DNA from: Candidatus Latescibacterota bacterium
Lineage (GTDB): Bacteria > Latescibacterota > UBA2968
Direction: 5' to 3'
DNA: 64,000 nucleotides
Assembly: GCA_965222605.1 (NCBI GenBank)
Contig: OZ244960.1
Location: 1,728,001-1,792,000 of the forward strand
Both the position numbers and the translations under genes were made by a program. The notes beneath the pieces are model-generated. The model made no database searches and was not told where the DNA came from. It worked only from the letters and a program-made list of their open reading frames with translations. Each line of letters opens with the position of its first letter. Positions within the stretch are counted from its first letter, which is position 1. Below are positions 8,790-18,674 of this stretch, in pieces.

Positions 8790-10910
8790 ATGGACCTCGG
8801 CGATACCAGTCTCTATTTTAATAGAGAGCTCTCATGGCTGCGTTTTAATCAGCGCGTATTACAAGAAGCCCGTACCCCCGAAAATCCCCTGTTGGAACGT
8901 GTCAAATTTCTGGGCATTGTGGCCAACAACCTCGACGAGTTTTTTGAAGTGCGCATAGCGGGCCTGCTCCAACAAGTAGAAGCGGGCATTTCTGACTACG
9001 GCCCCGATGGCCTCCTGCCCGAAGAACAAATTTCAGCCATTGCAAAAGAAGCTCATCGCATGGTTGAGGAGCAATACGCCTGCTGGAATGACGAACTCCT
9101 TCCCGCATTGCGCGATGCAGATGTTCGCATACGCACCGTCAGTACGCTTTCTGCCCGCGAAAAATCCTTTCTCGACGACTATTGCCACGCAGAATTCTAC
9201 CCGGTTTTAACCCCGCTCACCATCAGCCCTGCACACCCATTGCCACGCCTGATCAACAAAGCCCTTTGCATCGCCCTTTTGCTCAAAAACCGCGAAGGTG
9301 AAACACTGCTCGGCGTCGTGCAGGTTCCTCGTCTATTGCCGCGTCTGATTCGCTTGCCCCGAGAAGAAGACAGCCAGCGCATCGACTTTGTCTTCCTTGC
9401 CGATATTGTTCAGGCACATATTCCCGAACTTTTCCGGGGATATCAAATTCTCGACACCGCTGCTTTCCGCATCACCCGAAATAGCGATCTTTATCTGGAC
9501 GAAGAAGAAGCCGACGACTTATTGCTCGCCATTGAAGACGAATTGCAAAATCGGCGCAAAGGCGATACGGTCCGTCTCGAAATCGAAGCCGATGCCAGCC
9601 GGGCACTTGTCAAGCGCTTACAATCGACATACAGTCTGAAAAACAATCAGATTTATCAGGTCAACGGACCGGTGAATCTCAACCGTTTGATGGGACTTTA
9701 TAGCGCGACCCCCAGACCCGATTTGAAATATGCACCCTATCACCCGCCCGACCAGACTTATGAAGAAATCGAAACCCTCTTTGATCAGATCAAGCAAAAA
9801 GATATGTTGCTCCACCACCCCTACGATGCCTTTACACCCGTTGTTCAATTTGTCAATTCAGCGGCAACCGATCCCGGTGTGCTCGCCATCAAACAGACGC
9901 TCTATCGCACCAGCGAAGATTCGCCCGTTATCGATGCTTTGATTCGCGCTGCGGAGGCGGGGAAAGAAGTAACAGTGGTTGTTGAACTCAAAGCGCGATT
10001 TGACGAGGAATCCAATATTCGATGGGCGCGCCGCCTTCAGGATGCGGGTGTATGCGTCGTATATGGCGTCGTAGGCCTTAAAACGCATTGCAAACTCTCG
10101 CTGCTGGTCAGGCGCGAAACCAACAATGGCCTGCGGCGCTATGCCCACATCGGCACGGGCAATTACAATCCCTCAACAGCCCGACTTTATACGGACCTGG
10201 GGTTGTTCACAGCACGCGAAGACATCACAAACGATGTAGCCGAAGTTTTTAACCTGCTCACCACGCAATCTGCACATCCCCAGGTCAGCAAGATGCTCAT
10301 TGCGCCCTATACCATGCTCGATTCCATCCTTCAAAAAATCGACCGCGAAATCGACCATGCACGCAAAGGACGCACCGCCCACATTGTTGCGAAAATGAAT
10401 TCACTTCAAGACCCCAAAGTCATTCGCGCGCTGTATCGCGCATCGCAAAACGGCGTGCAAATTGACCTGATTGTGCGCGGTATATGCTGTCTGCGTGCGG
10501 GTGTTCCCGGTATAAGCGACAACATCAGAGTACGCAGCATCATCGGGCGATTTTTGGAACACAGCCGCATCTACTACTTTGAAAATGATGGAAATCCCGA
10601 TGTGTACATTGGCAGTGCCGATTGGATGCCTCGAAATTTGCGCCGCCGCGTAGAAACGCTTTGCCCCATCGAAGATCCGGACTTAATTACACGGATAAAA
10701 TCAGAACTCCTCAGCACATGCTTTGCCGACAATGTCAAATCGCGCAAACTACTGCCCGATGGCACAGACCGTCACATTGCACCCGCCCCAAACGAACCTT
10801 CATTCTGCATGCACGACATGCTCATGAACCTGTCTCTGGGCGAACCCGTCGATATCCCGGACTTTTTTCCCCAAACACCATCCTCAGTCGGATCGGCTGC
10901 TGCCACTTAA
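8790..10910 (+). CDS. ppk1: Polyphosphate kinase 1
   Basis: NRELSWLRFN, NLDEFFEVR, LKTHCK, GTGNYN, GRFLEHSR, SADWMPRNL. Confidence 0.97.
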   Translation: MDLGDTSLYFNRELSWLRFNQRVLQEARTPENPLLERVKFLGIVANNLDEFFEVRIAGLLQQVEAGISDYGPDGLLPEEQISAIAKEAHRMVEEQYACWNDELLPALRDADVRIRTVSTLSAREKSFLDDYCHAEFYPVLTPLTISPAHPLPRLINKALCIALLLKNREGETLLGVVQVPRLLPRLIRLPREEDSQRIDFVFLADIVQAHIPELFRGYQILDTAAFRITRNSDLYLDEEEADDLLLAIEDELQNRRKGDTVRLEIEADASRALVKRLQSTYSLKNNQIYQVNGPVNLNRLMGLYSATPRPDLKYAPYHPPDQTYEEIETLFDQIKQKDMLLHHPYDAFTPVVQFVNSAATDPGVLAIKQTLYRTSEDSPVIDALIRAAEAGKEVTVVVELKARFDEESNIRWARRLQDAGVCVVYGVVGLKTHCKLSLLVRRETNNGLRRYAHIGTGNYNPSTARLYTDLGLFTAREDITNDVAEVFNLLTTQSAHPQVSKMLIAPYTMLDSILQKIDREIDHARKGRTAHIVAKMNSLQDPKVIRALYRASQNGVQIDLIVRGICCLRAGVPGISDNIRVRSIIGRFLEHSRIYYFENDGNPDVYIGSADWMPRNLRRRVETLCPIEDPDLITRIKSELLSTCFADNVKSRKLLPDGTDRHIAPAPNEPSFCMHDMLMNLSLGEPVDIPDFFPQTPSSVGSAAAT

Positions 10911-11110
10911 ATGCAATCCCACCAGACGAGCTACCAGCACCGCCAGATAGGTTTGTCCCCAAACAGCTTCCAAAAGAGCCAGGTTTTTCGCCATCCGGCT
11001 CACAGGCATTATATCTCCATAGCCCAGAGTGGTCATTGTTACAAAAGAAAAATAAATCATATCTGAAAACCCACCCTGGACATGATCCGAAAACAAAATC
11101 GCATTCTGGA
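10884..11110 (-). pseudogene. Potassium channel fragment (pore helix, selectivity filter and last TM only)
   Basis: IYFSFVTMTTLGYGDIMP...LEAVWGQTYLAVLVARLVG. No upstream hydrophobic TM segment before the sulfatase stop. Confidence 0.7.
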
Positions 11111-11201
11111 CCTTTACTCTTTGATCTCTCCACGCTGTCCTCCATTTGCTCTTCTCACCATTTCTGGACTGTTCTCCATTCCCAGCACTGCCCTCAATCA
11201 C

Positions 11202-12497
11202 CTATTTTAACGTCACGCGCCTGTACCAGTTCTGCAGCACATCGTACAAATGCGCTTGTTTCTCGTTATAATTGGGATCGCGTAGCAGATTATTCATCTC
11301 GTAGGGATCATTTTCCAAATCGAACAGATGTGTTGCCTCAAAGCCTTCTTTTTGCACCACCAGCTTAAACGCGCCTTCGCGCACCATACACCAGGGCTGC
11401 ATTTCTGAAAACACCGGTCGTTCTAAGCTTTGCGAAGGATCGCTCATCAGAGGCGCGAAACTATCGCCCTCTACCGAAGGCTCGGGGGGCTGTCCAGCGC
11501 AATCTACACAAGTCGCAAAAAAATCCACACCAGATACCAGATCATCCACCACTGCACCTGCTGCACCACCCGGTGCGCGAACAATCAGGGGAATGCGACT
11601 CGACTCCTCCCAGGCCTTGCCCTTATTCGTCTCTCCGTGACTACCCTGCAAATCTCCGTGATCCGACGTAAACATCACCACCGTATTATCCCGCAACCCC
11701 ATGCGATCCAGCGCATCCATCATCCGCCCCACATTTGCATCCAACTGCGTCACCATCGCGTAATACGCGCGCAGATATTCATTCAGATTATTGCCATAGC
11801 GTTGATAAATCGGATCATTCTCCTGGGGTTTGGGACTCGGCGGGCTGTGCGTTCTCGTATAGGGATCAACCTCCTCGCAATTTGGACGTCGCGCAATGGT
11901 CACGCCCCGATACATCTCGTCGTATTCATATCCCGGTTGCTCGGGATAATGCGGATTCTGATAGGACACAAACAGTGCGAAAGGCGCGTTCTCCGCCATC
12001 TTCTCCATTCGCTCAATCGCAATATCACTTGTCACATCCGTTCTGTGATGACCGTACCAATATTCATCACCTGCTTCATCGTAAAACTTCACACTGTGCA
12101 AAAAATCATTATAACACTGATACCCGATAAACTCCGTGAAATCCGCCCGCAACTCGGGTGGTATCCACACATTACCCGTTGCGCCCAAATGCCACTTGCC
12201 CACCCAACCGGTTCGATATCCCGCATCATTTAGCGTGCCTGCCAGTGTGCGCGTCCCCTCGGGAATATACCGCCCATTGCGCAACGTATCTGTCTGCGAT
12301 CCATATTGCCCCGAAATGAGCGTCGCGCGAAACGGCGTACAAACCGGCGCATTGGAATAACAATTTCGAAACAAGACCCCTTCTCGCGCCAGCTTGTCCA
12401 GATTTGGCGTGTGAATATCCTCCGTTCCCATACACCCCATCGCAAAAGCGTGCATCTGATCGGCAAAAAGAAAAAGAATATTCGGTCTATCGCTCAT
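11202..12497 (-). CDS. Sulfatase (formylglycine-dependent)
   Basis: PNILF, CTPFR (CxPxR), GKWHLG, TSDHG. Confidence 0.92.
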   Translation of the reverse strand: MSDRPNILFLFADQMHAFAMGCMGTEDIHTPNLDKLAREGVLFRNCYSNAPVCTPFRATLISGQYGSQTDTLRNGRYIPEGTRTLAGTLNDAGYRTGWVGKWHLGATGNVWIPPELRADFTEFIGYQCYNDFLHSVKFYDEAGDEYWYGHHRTDVTSDIAIERMEKMAENAPFALFVSYQNPHYPEQPGYEYDEMYRGVTIARRPNCEEVDPYTRTHSPPSPKPQENDPIYQRYGNNLNEYLRAYYAMVTQLDANVGRMMDALDRMGLRDNTVVMFTSDHGDLQGSHGETNKGKAWEESSRIPLIVRAPGGAAGAVVDDLVSGVDFFATCVDCAGQPPEPSVEGDSFAPLMSDPSQSLERPVFSEMQPWCMVREGAFKLVVQKEGFEATHLFDLENDPYEMNNLLRDPNYNEKQAHLYDVLQNWYRRVTLK

Positions 12498-12544
12498 GCG
12501 TTGCTCCTTTTTGATTAGCGTCATCCGTATTTGAATTTTACAAC

Positions 12545-13555
12545 CTAAAATCGCGATCCTTCAAATTGCCCAAACTGCGATGAAACGCCGACACTATCGC
12601 CTACCTGTTGCAGCAAATCGAGGTGCTCATCTGCCATAGGAATACCGATCTCGCGGTGCTCTTTTTCCCATTGCCATTCCATCCCGCCAGCCAACTCTGC
12701 GCGATCGTGTCCCGGCAGGGGTTTCGTGGCACGCGCTTCGCCGATATAGCGATCCATCTCTTGCTTAAACGTCTCGACATCTGCAAATCGCTTCACGTCA
12801 AACACCGCAATAAACGCACCTTGATGTGGCGCTGCACCTTTGCCTTCACCGGTAAATTCATACCCTTCATTCCAGATACCAGCCAAAATCCCTCCCATCG
12901 CCTGTAGCACAGCCGCCAGCCCCAACCCCTTGAAAATCGCGGCGGGAAATTTTGCGAATGATGCGTTATCATAAGGTATAAAGTTCGCCGCCATATCCAT
13001 AACCAGCGGGGGTTGTTCACCCGCGGGCACGGCAATACTAATCGGCGACCCTCCCGACGCGCTCATAACCGTCGCCTCTGGACGCGGGTGATAGCGATGA
13101 GAAGACAGCGCCATCCCAATACAATCGCTGGCAAGAGCCATGCGAGAATAATTGCCCGCTGCGCCAAAGTGGAAGTGATTGCGCGTTATCACCGTACTCA
13201 CACCCACTTTTAACGCCTTTTCAATCGCCATCTCTGTTCCCCAATGCGACGGGAAATACCCCAACCCGCCATCCCCATCCAGTATAGCCGTCGCCGCTGA
13301 CTCGGACACCACCGTCACATTGGGCTGCGGATTGGTATGCCCATTTTTCATTTCGGATATATAGCTACGCACCTGCCGCGTACCGTGACTGAACACACAG
13401 CGCAAATCATTTGCCGTCAACGTGACCGCCATATGCTGCGCGTGTTCTTCAGACGTACCCACGGCGAGAAAAAGCGCGCGAACATAAGCTTCCATCACCT
13501 CACATGGCACGCGAATCCCGTGGTCTGGATGTGAATTAAATAACCGCGAAGGCAT
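12545..13555 (-). CDS. Ldh_2-family (malate/L-lactate/sulfolactate-type) oxidoreductase
   Basis: SHG motif, LDGDGGLG, RNHFHFGAAGNY, PLVMDMA. Confidence 0.85.
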   Translation of the reverse strand: MPSRLFNSHPDHGIRVPCEVMEAYVRALFLAVGTSEEHAQHMAVTLTANDLRCVFSHGTRQVRSYISEMKNGHTNPQPNVTVVSESAATAILDGDGGLGYFPSHWGTEMAIEKALKVGVSTVITRNHFHFGAAGNYSRMALASDCIGMALSSHRYHPRPEATVMSASGGSPISIAVPAGEQPPLVMDMAANFIPYDNASFAKFPAAIFKGLGLAAVLQAMGGILAGIWNEGYEFTGEGKGAAPHQGAFIAVFDVKRFADVETFKQEMDRYIGEARATKPLPGHDRAELAGGMEWQWEKEHREIGIPMADEHLDLLQQVGDSVGVSSQFGQFEGSRF

Positions 13556-13606
13556 AATTCCTCCATAGGAGAAATAGCTTAATAGTGGTATAGTATTTGC
13601 TACTTA

Positions 13607-13635
13607 TTGCATGCAACGAAAAACAGTGGTATAAT
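13607..13635 (+). promoter_or_regulatory. Distal sigma70-type promoter upstream of the methyltransferase
   Basis: TTGCAT-N17-TATAAT with TGn extended -10. Confidence 0.45.
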
Positions 13636-13736
13636 AGAACATATTGTTTCAGAATCATTTATGGATGGTTGAACAAAATATTCTGAAATAGCCATTTAAG
13701 GAATTATTAAAACACTAAATATTTCAAAAATAGGCA

Positions 13737-13765
13737 TTGACAAATATCCCAAAATAGGATATAAT
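13737..13765 (+). promoter_or_regulatory. Consensus sigma70 promoter of the MTase with an embedded C-box-like operator
   Basis: TTGACA-N17-TATAAT. TATCC-N7-GGATA at 13745-13761 fills the spacer. First ATG is 6 nt after the -10. Confidence 0.8.
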
Positions 13766-13771
13766 ATTGCT

Positions 13772-14518
13772 ATGAATTTTGCTCAGATTGATCTTTTTGA
13801 GGCCACCATGAAGAAAAAAAATAAGCGAGTGCAAGGCGGGAACTCTACTTCAAATGTAATTATGTCTGCCCATGTTCATGGCAATGCTGAGGTCTTTCCT
13901 CAGATTCTATCTCTGCATGTTCCCAAAGGTTCTGTTGTTGCTGATGTTACCTGGGGTAAGGGTGTTTTTTGGCGAAATGTGCCAGATGGGCTATATGACG
14001 TAAAAGCTACAGATATATCAATGGGGGTTGATTGCAGGGATTTGCCTTATACGGATGGTTATATTGACTGCGTTGTGCTTGATCCTCCATATATGGAAGG
14101 CTTTTATAGAAAATCTCCAGCGCATAAAGCAGGTTCGGGTTCACATTCATCATTTAGGGAAGCATACTCAAATGGCAATGAAGTAAATACCAGATTCAAA
14201 GGTACGAGAAATTGGCACGGTGCAGTGACAGATATGTATTTTTTCGCAGGCAAAGAAGCGTTTCGAGTTTTAAAAGATAAAGGAGTCTTGATCGTCAAAT
14301 GCCAAGATGAAGTCAGTGCAAATAAACAATGGTTAACACATGTAGAAATCATTAATGAATATGAGAAGATGGGTTTCTATACAAAAGATCTCTTTGTAGT
14401 AGTTCGGCAAAACAGACCATCAATTAGCAGACTTAAACGACAAGTTCACGCGCGAAAGAATCATTCGTATTTTTTGGTTTTTATCAAAAATGCTTTTCCA
14501 AAAAGGTCAAAAGGTTAA
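13772..14518 (+). CDS. DNA amino-methyltransferase (m6A/m4C) of a type II R-M system
   Basis: Motif I-like DVTWGKG precedes catalytic VVLDPPY; [12 protein letters not shown]. Confidence 0.85.
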   Translation: MNFAQIDLFEATMKKKNKRVQGGNSTSNVIMSAHVHGNAEVFPQILSLHVPKGSVVADVTWGKGVFWRNVPDGLYDVKATDISMGVDCRDLPYTDGYIDCVVLDPPYMEGFYRKSPAHKAGSGSHSSFREAYSNGNEVNTRFKGTRNWHGAVTDMYFFAGKEAFRVLKDKGVLIVKCQDEVSANKQWLTHVEIINEYEKMGFYTKDLFVVVRQNRPSISRLKRQVHARKNHSYFLVFIKNAFPKRSKG

Positions 14519-15129
14519 ATGACGATAGGATCGGAGCCTTCTCCTTCTTCTGCCATTTTATCAAGCAAAGAGCGTATGTCTGAGTAAAATGGAGGTTCTG
14601 GAGGCCAAATGATGGTTATTAGACTGGCGATCAAATTCTCTCTTTGGTACTGAGTATATCCTCTATATGTCGAGCAAGGAAGGTCCTGATTTCGCGCAAA
14701 AACAAAATTCCATTTCTTGTTGAATGCATAGCAGTTTACTGCCAGAATGTCAAACTCACCCCTCCGTAGGAGTGTGGTATTCAGTTTCGAGCCATCAGGC
14801 AACGTAATAATACGCCTATCACTTGCATCTACTTGAGCTTTACCTGACCAGCGAGAATTTTCTTTTTCATATTTGATTGAGGATGTTTGAAGTGATTTTG
14901 ATTCTAAATTGAAAGCGCGATTTTTGTATAAAATATAAAGATCTCCTTTCTTTTTTCTATCGTGATCATCGAATTTAGTAATGGAAGAAACTTCGGGAAA
15001 TGTGACTATCCTTTCTTTTAATTTTAATTCAGCAACATATCCAAGTAGCATACCGCGTAAGCTAGGATTCTCGTCAAGCAGATCGGTAAGCTGTTCAGGC
15101 GTGATACCCCATTCTCTCAAAATTGTCAC
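14515..15129 (-). CDS. Putative type II restriction endonuclease (PD-(D/E)xK)
   Basis: GYVAE...GDL...LESK catalytic pattern. Convergent with the MTase and overlapping the controller gene's stop. Confidence 0.75.
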   Translation of the reverse strand: MTILREWGITPEQLTDLLDENPSLRGMLLGYVAELKLKERIVTFPEVSSITKFDDHDRKKKGDLYILYKNRAFNLESKSLQTSSIKYEKENSRWSGKAQVDASDRRIITLPDGSKLNTTLLRRGEFDILAVNCYAFNKKWNFVFARNQDLPCSTYRGYTQYQRENLIASLITIIWPPEPPFYSDIRSLLDKMAEEGEGSDPIVI

Positions 15130-15371
15130 GATTTTGTCTCCTCTTTCAGCTTTTTTATTATTTCGCAGGGATCGATATTCAAAGCCTCTGTTATTTCGAG
15201 AAATTCGATTACATCGAGACGTCTTTCTCCATTCTCATATTTTGATACGAAAGATTGAGGGCGTCCAAGAAGCCGGGCGAGTTGCGTTTGTGTAATTGAT
15301 TGAGACCGCCGATGTTGCGTTAATAAACTGCGGAATACCTCATATTTGGGCGTAAAGACGGATTGTGTCAT
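15126..15371 (-). CDS. R-M controller (C) protein, XRE-family HTH
   Basis: ITQTQLARLLGRPQSFVSKYENGERRLDV; directly upstream of the REase. Confidence 0.85.
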   Translation of the reverse strand: MTQSVFTPKYEVFRSLLTQHRRSQSITQTQLARLLGRPQSFVSKYENGERRLDVIEFLEITEALNIDPCEIIKKLKEETKS

Positions 15372-15404
15372 TTTTTCCTTTCTTTAATTTTTCAGAAAAT
15401 ATAA

Positions 15405-15436
15405 TAACCCAACATAGAATATCCCGAAAAAGGATA
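15405..15436. promoter_or_regulatory. Tandem C-box operators upstream of the C-R operon
   Basis: TATCC-N7-GGATA (15420-15436) and degenerate TAACC-N7-GAATA (15405-15421), offset by 15 bp. Confidence 0.75.
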
Positions 15437-15599
15437 AAAGGCGACTAACTTTAGCCATCTGGTTTGTTTGCGGCGAATTTTATCTAACAACTGTAAGACC
15501 CAAGCGTTTTTAACCTTGGGGTAAAAGGGCCTTACCTTTATGGAGCGGAGCTTCAGCATGGGCACCCCGCACAAAGCGATGTGGGTGGTGCGTCATTAA

Positions 15600-15787
15600 G
15601 AATCATCCGCATCTATCACTGCTTTAATCAGGCGTATCAAAGGTTACACAGCACATTGTCTGCGTCAAGAGTTTCCCAAACTTAAAAGCTGGCTTCCGTC
15701 CTTGTGCGTCGCAAATTTGTTTCAACAGTAGGCGAGGTAACTTTGCCTGTTTTGATGCGCTATGTGGAAAACCAAAAAGGTGTATAA
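15600..15787 (+). pseudogene. tnpA: IS200-type Y1 transposase remnant
   Basis: Fragments IRRIKGYTAHCLRQEFPKLKSWLPSL and STVGEVTLPVLMRYVENQKGV*. HUH motif region missing. The stop overlaps the tnpB ATG. Confidence 0.75.
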
Positions 15788-16914
15788 TGGACTATCTCAC
15801 CTACAAATACAAGCTGTATAGTCAGTGTGATCGTAACAGGTATATCCATCAAGATATAGACGCTTTTGCAGGCGTGTATAATCATTTCATAGCGTTGCAT
15901 AAGCGATACTATCGGCGGTTTGACAAGTATCCAAGCAAGTTCACGCTGATTAAGCACCTTGCAAAGCTGAAAAAGACAGCGCGGTTTGCTCACTATTGTT
16001 TGTTGCCGTCCCAGGCATTGCAGAATGTGATAGAACGCATTGACTTTGGGTATCAGAAGTTCTTTGCAAAGGACAACAAGCGACCGCCTAAGTTCCGATC
16101 ACGGTTCAAATACAAGTCCTATACTCTGAAACAATCAGGCTACGAATTTTTGGATGGCAACAAAATTCAAATTGGTTTCGGTGTTCGTGGTAAAATCAAA
16201 CGCATATTTCGGTATCACAAGAGCAGAGACTTCGATGTAGAAAGCGTTAAAACGGTCACAATTAAACGTGACCGCGTAGGTGATTTATGGCTGTGTATTT
16301 GTGCGAAGGCGTCAAGTTTCAAGTTGAGCATTGCTAAGACGGGTAAAACCGCAGGCTTTGACTTCGGCTTGAAAACATACTTGACCGCCTCAGACGGTAC
16401 ACAGATACAATCACCTCGGTTTTTCAAACGCAATTCAAGGAGGGTCAAAAAGGCCAACCGTATGCTATCACGCAAGCAGAAAGGGAGCAACAACCGTCGC
16501 AGAGTAAGAGTTAATCTTGCCAGAGTGCATCGGCGTGTTGCCAATCAGCGTGAGGCATTCCACTGGTGGCTTGCCCATCACCTTTGCAAGCAATATGACG
16601 TGTTGTGCTTTGAAAAGTTGAATATCAAAGCGATGCAAAGACTATGGGGTAGGAAAATCAGCGATCTTGGCTTTGCTGACTTCTTGATTATCCTGAAGTA
16701 TGTGGCAGAAAAGACAGGCAAGGCAGTTGTGCAAATCGGCAAGTGGTTGCCCTCGTCTAAAACATGCTCTGTTTGTGGCACGATCAAAGATAGCCTTGAG
16801 TTGCGAGAAAGAACCTTTCGTTGTTGTGAATGCGGTTTTGTATCAGATAGAGACCTCAACGCAGCGATAAACATTCACAGGTGGGGGCGTCCACCTCTGG
16901 AGGAGGTAGCGTAA
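15787..16914 (+). CDS. tnpB: RNA-guided endonuclease TnpB
   Basis: RuvC-I GFDFGLK, RuvC-II CFEKL, zinc finger CSVC..CCEC, RuvC-III DRDLNAAINI. Confidence 0.95.
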   Translation: MDYLTYKYKLYSQCDRNRYIHQDIDAFAGVYNHFIALHKRYYRRFDKYPSKFTLIKHLAKLKKTARFAHYCLLPSQALQNVIERIDFGYQKFFAKDNKRPPKFRSRFKYKSYTLKQSGYEFLDGNKIQIGFGVRGKIKRIFRYHKSRDFDVESVKTVTIKRDRVGDLWLCICAKASSFKLSIAKTGKTAGFDFGLKTYLTASDGTQIQSPRFFKRNSRRVKKANRMLSRKQKGSNNRRRVRVNLARVHRRVANQREAFHWWLAHHLCKQYDVLCFEKLNIKAMQRLWGRKISDLGFADFLIILKYVAEKTGKAVVQIGKWLPSSKTCSVCGTIKDSLELRERTFRCCECGFVSDRDLNAAINIHRWGRPPLEEVA

Positions 16915-17073
16915 GACGTGATGATCAGGATACCTAAACCTATCTTGTGAAGCACGCTACTGCCATTGATACCACAATCTCTTGCTGAAGCATCGAGCAC
17001 GCGCAAGCATGCCGTAGGCACATCACAATGCTTTAGCTTTGGGAGTATGTCAACTACTCACGCATGCCATTGA
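16880..17073 (+). ncRNA. Predicted TnpB omega/reRNA (scaffold to TCAA at 17053 plus flanking guide)
   Basis: Known IS605 architecture. A stem GTAGCGT...ACGCTAC spans the tnpB stop. Boundaries approximate. Confidence 0.55.
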
Positions 17074-18533
17074 ATCTGGGGCATATCGGATTTTGGGGGT
17101 GGCGGCCAGTGTTGCCCGCGCTGGCTGGTAAGCCCCCGATTGGGACCGGGGTGATACGGCTGGTCTGGCAGGCCCACCAATTGTCCATTCTCGACCCATG
17201 CTTTATCCTCGCCGTAAAGTTCGCCAATCAAAAGCTCTGTCAACCGCGCCAGAATCTCGGCGTGTTGCGGGTCGCACGATAAATCCACGAGTTCCTGAGG
17301 ATCAGCTTTCAGATCAAAAAGCTGCCGACAATTTCCCACAGAATAGTAAATCAACTTGTAGCGTCCATCGCAAATCATCCGCGTCGCGTGGGCATCTTCG
17401 CCGACCTCGCCGTAAAACCAATCCCGCTCTTGTTCGCCAACCATCGACATTCCCTCCACAGTATCGGAAATATCTATACCCGCCAGATCCAACAACGTAG
17501 GCATCACATCTTGCCACCCCACCAGGCGATCATCCACGCGATTGAACCCGACTCGTTCATCGCCAGCCGTACCCAACAAAATCATCGGAATATTAGCCGA
17601 ACCCTCGTAGAAAAGACGCTTCGCCAACATATTGTGATTGCCCAACATATCACCGTGATCCGACGTAAAACAAATAATCGTATTGTCGAGCAATCCTTCC
17701 TCCCTCAGCGTGCCAATCAATACGCGCAGGCTGTGGTCAATATGGGTACACAGGGCATAAAACGCACGCCGCGCCATCTCGATTTGAACTGCACTGTGCT
17801 TGTCTCCTCGAGCAGTCATCGATTGAAGACTATAGGGAAGATTTCCAGACTGAACCCAATCGCCCATAAACGGCGTATCAATCTCCATATCCCGATAAAA
17901 ATCCAGGTACTTTTGCAACGGCACAATCGGCGGATGTGGATGCCGATAAGAAACAAACCAGAACGAAGGGCGCGAGGGATCTCGCCTTTTAATAAATCGC
18001 ACCATGTTCTGAGTCGCCCAATTTGTCGCATGGGTTTCATCGGGCAAATGCCAGGGCATCGCGCTATACTCGTTATTGCTCATGCCGTGATTAAAGTGCT
18101 CGCCCGCATAGCCCTGATCGCCTAAAAAAAGCTCGTAATCGTCGAGAACCCCGTACTGCGTGCGCCCCTCTTCGTCTAAAATCACATCGTCAAACCCAAT
18201 GCGATCCCGCTGCGGATACACATGCAACTTGCCCACAGCATACGCCTGATATCCCGCATTGCGAAACGTCTGCGCCATCGTTGGCATATCGGGCATTTCG
18301 AGCGTCTCCACAAACACCCGATCCCCGTGCGTTCGCGGCGTGGTGCCCGTCATCAACGTGCGCCGCGCCGGAATACACACCGGACATTCGGCATAACAAT
18401 TGGAAAACCGCACACCACTTCGCGCCAATTCATCCAGCGTCGGCGTCTGAATTACAGGATGGCCAGCACATCCCAAAAGATGGGCTGGCCAGTGGTCTGT
18501 TGAAATCAACAGGACGTTCGGTTGTGTAGCCAT
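17058..18533 (-). CDS. Sulfatase (choline-sulfatase-like family)
   Basis: PNVLL, CIPAR, GKLH, TSDHGDMLG. Confidence 0.92.
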   Translation of the reverse strand: MATQPNVLLISTDHWPAHLLGCAGHPVIQTPTLDELARSGVRFSNCYAECPVCIPARRTLMTGTTPRTHGDRVFVETLEMPDMPTMAQTFRNAGYQAYAVGKLHVYPQRDRIGFDDVILDEEGRTQYGVLDDYELFLGDQGYAGEHFNHGMSNNEYSAMPWHLPDETHATNWATQNMVRFIKRRDPSRPSFWFVSYRHPHPPIVPLQKYLDFYRDMEIDTPFMGDWVQSGNLPYSLQSMTARGDKHSAVQIEMARRAFYALCTHIDHSLRVLIGTLREEGLLDNTIICFTSDHGDMLGNHNMLAKRLFYEGSANIPMILLGTAGDERVGFNRVDDRLVGWQDVMPTLLDLAGIDISDTVEGMSMVGEQERDWFYGEVGEDAHATRMICDGRYKLIYYSVGNCRQLFDLKADPQELVDLSCDPQHAEILARLTELLIGELYGEDKAWVENGQLVGLPDQPYHPGPNRGLTSQRGQHWPPPPKSDMPQIQWHA

Positions 18534-18592
18534 AAAATACCTCGCGTTTCGGTTAGCCTTCTCATCTCTTTAGCGGGCTGTGATACAGGGAC

Positions 18593-18621
18593 TTGACACC
18601 GTGCAAAAGGTTCGCTAAGTT
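18593..18621 (+). promoter_or_regulatory. Sigma70-type promoter
   Basis: TTGACA-N17-TAAGTT upstream of the kinase gene. Confidence 0.5.
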
Positions 18622-18674
18622 CGAGTATTAGCTGTTAGTTCTCTTTGAAAAAGCCGTGTTTTGTGGAGATTGCC

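Larger units (their letters stand above)
15484..17053 (+). mobile_element. IS200/IS605-family element (decayed tnpA, intact tnpB)
   Basis: Left-end hairpin CCCAAG..CTTGGG (15499-15520) preceded by AAGA, with TTTAT at 15479-15483. Right end ...GCTTTAGCTTTGGGAGTATGTCAA ending at 17053. Confidence 0.8.

Noticed and set aside
10622-11368. 248-aa plus-strand ORF and other long shadow ORFs (e.g. 11430-12233, 22655-23410, 53843-54709)
   Set aside because: They overlap or run antisense to well-supported genes and have no recognisable motifs.
15484-17100. Cas12f-like CRISPR system around tnpB
   Set aside because: No repeat-spacer array is visible; IS605 ends and the tnpA remnant explain the gene.
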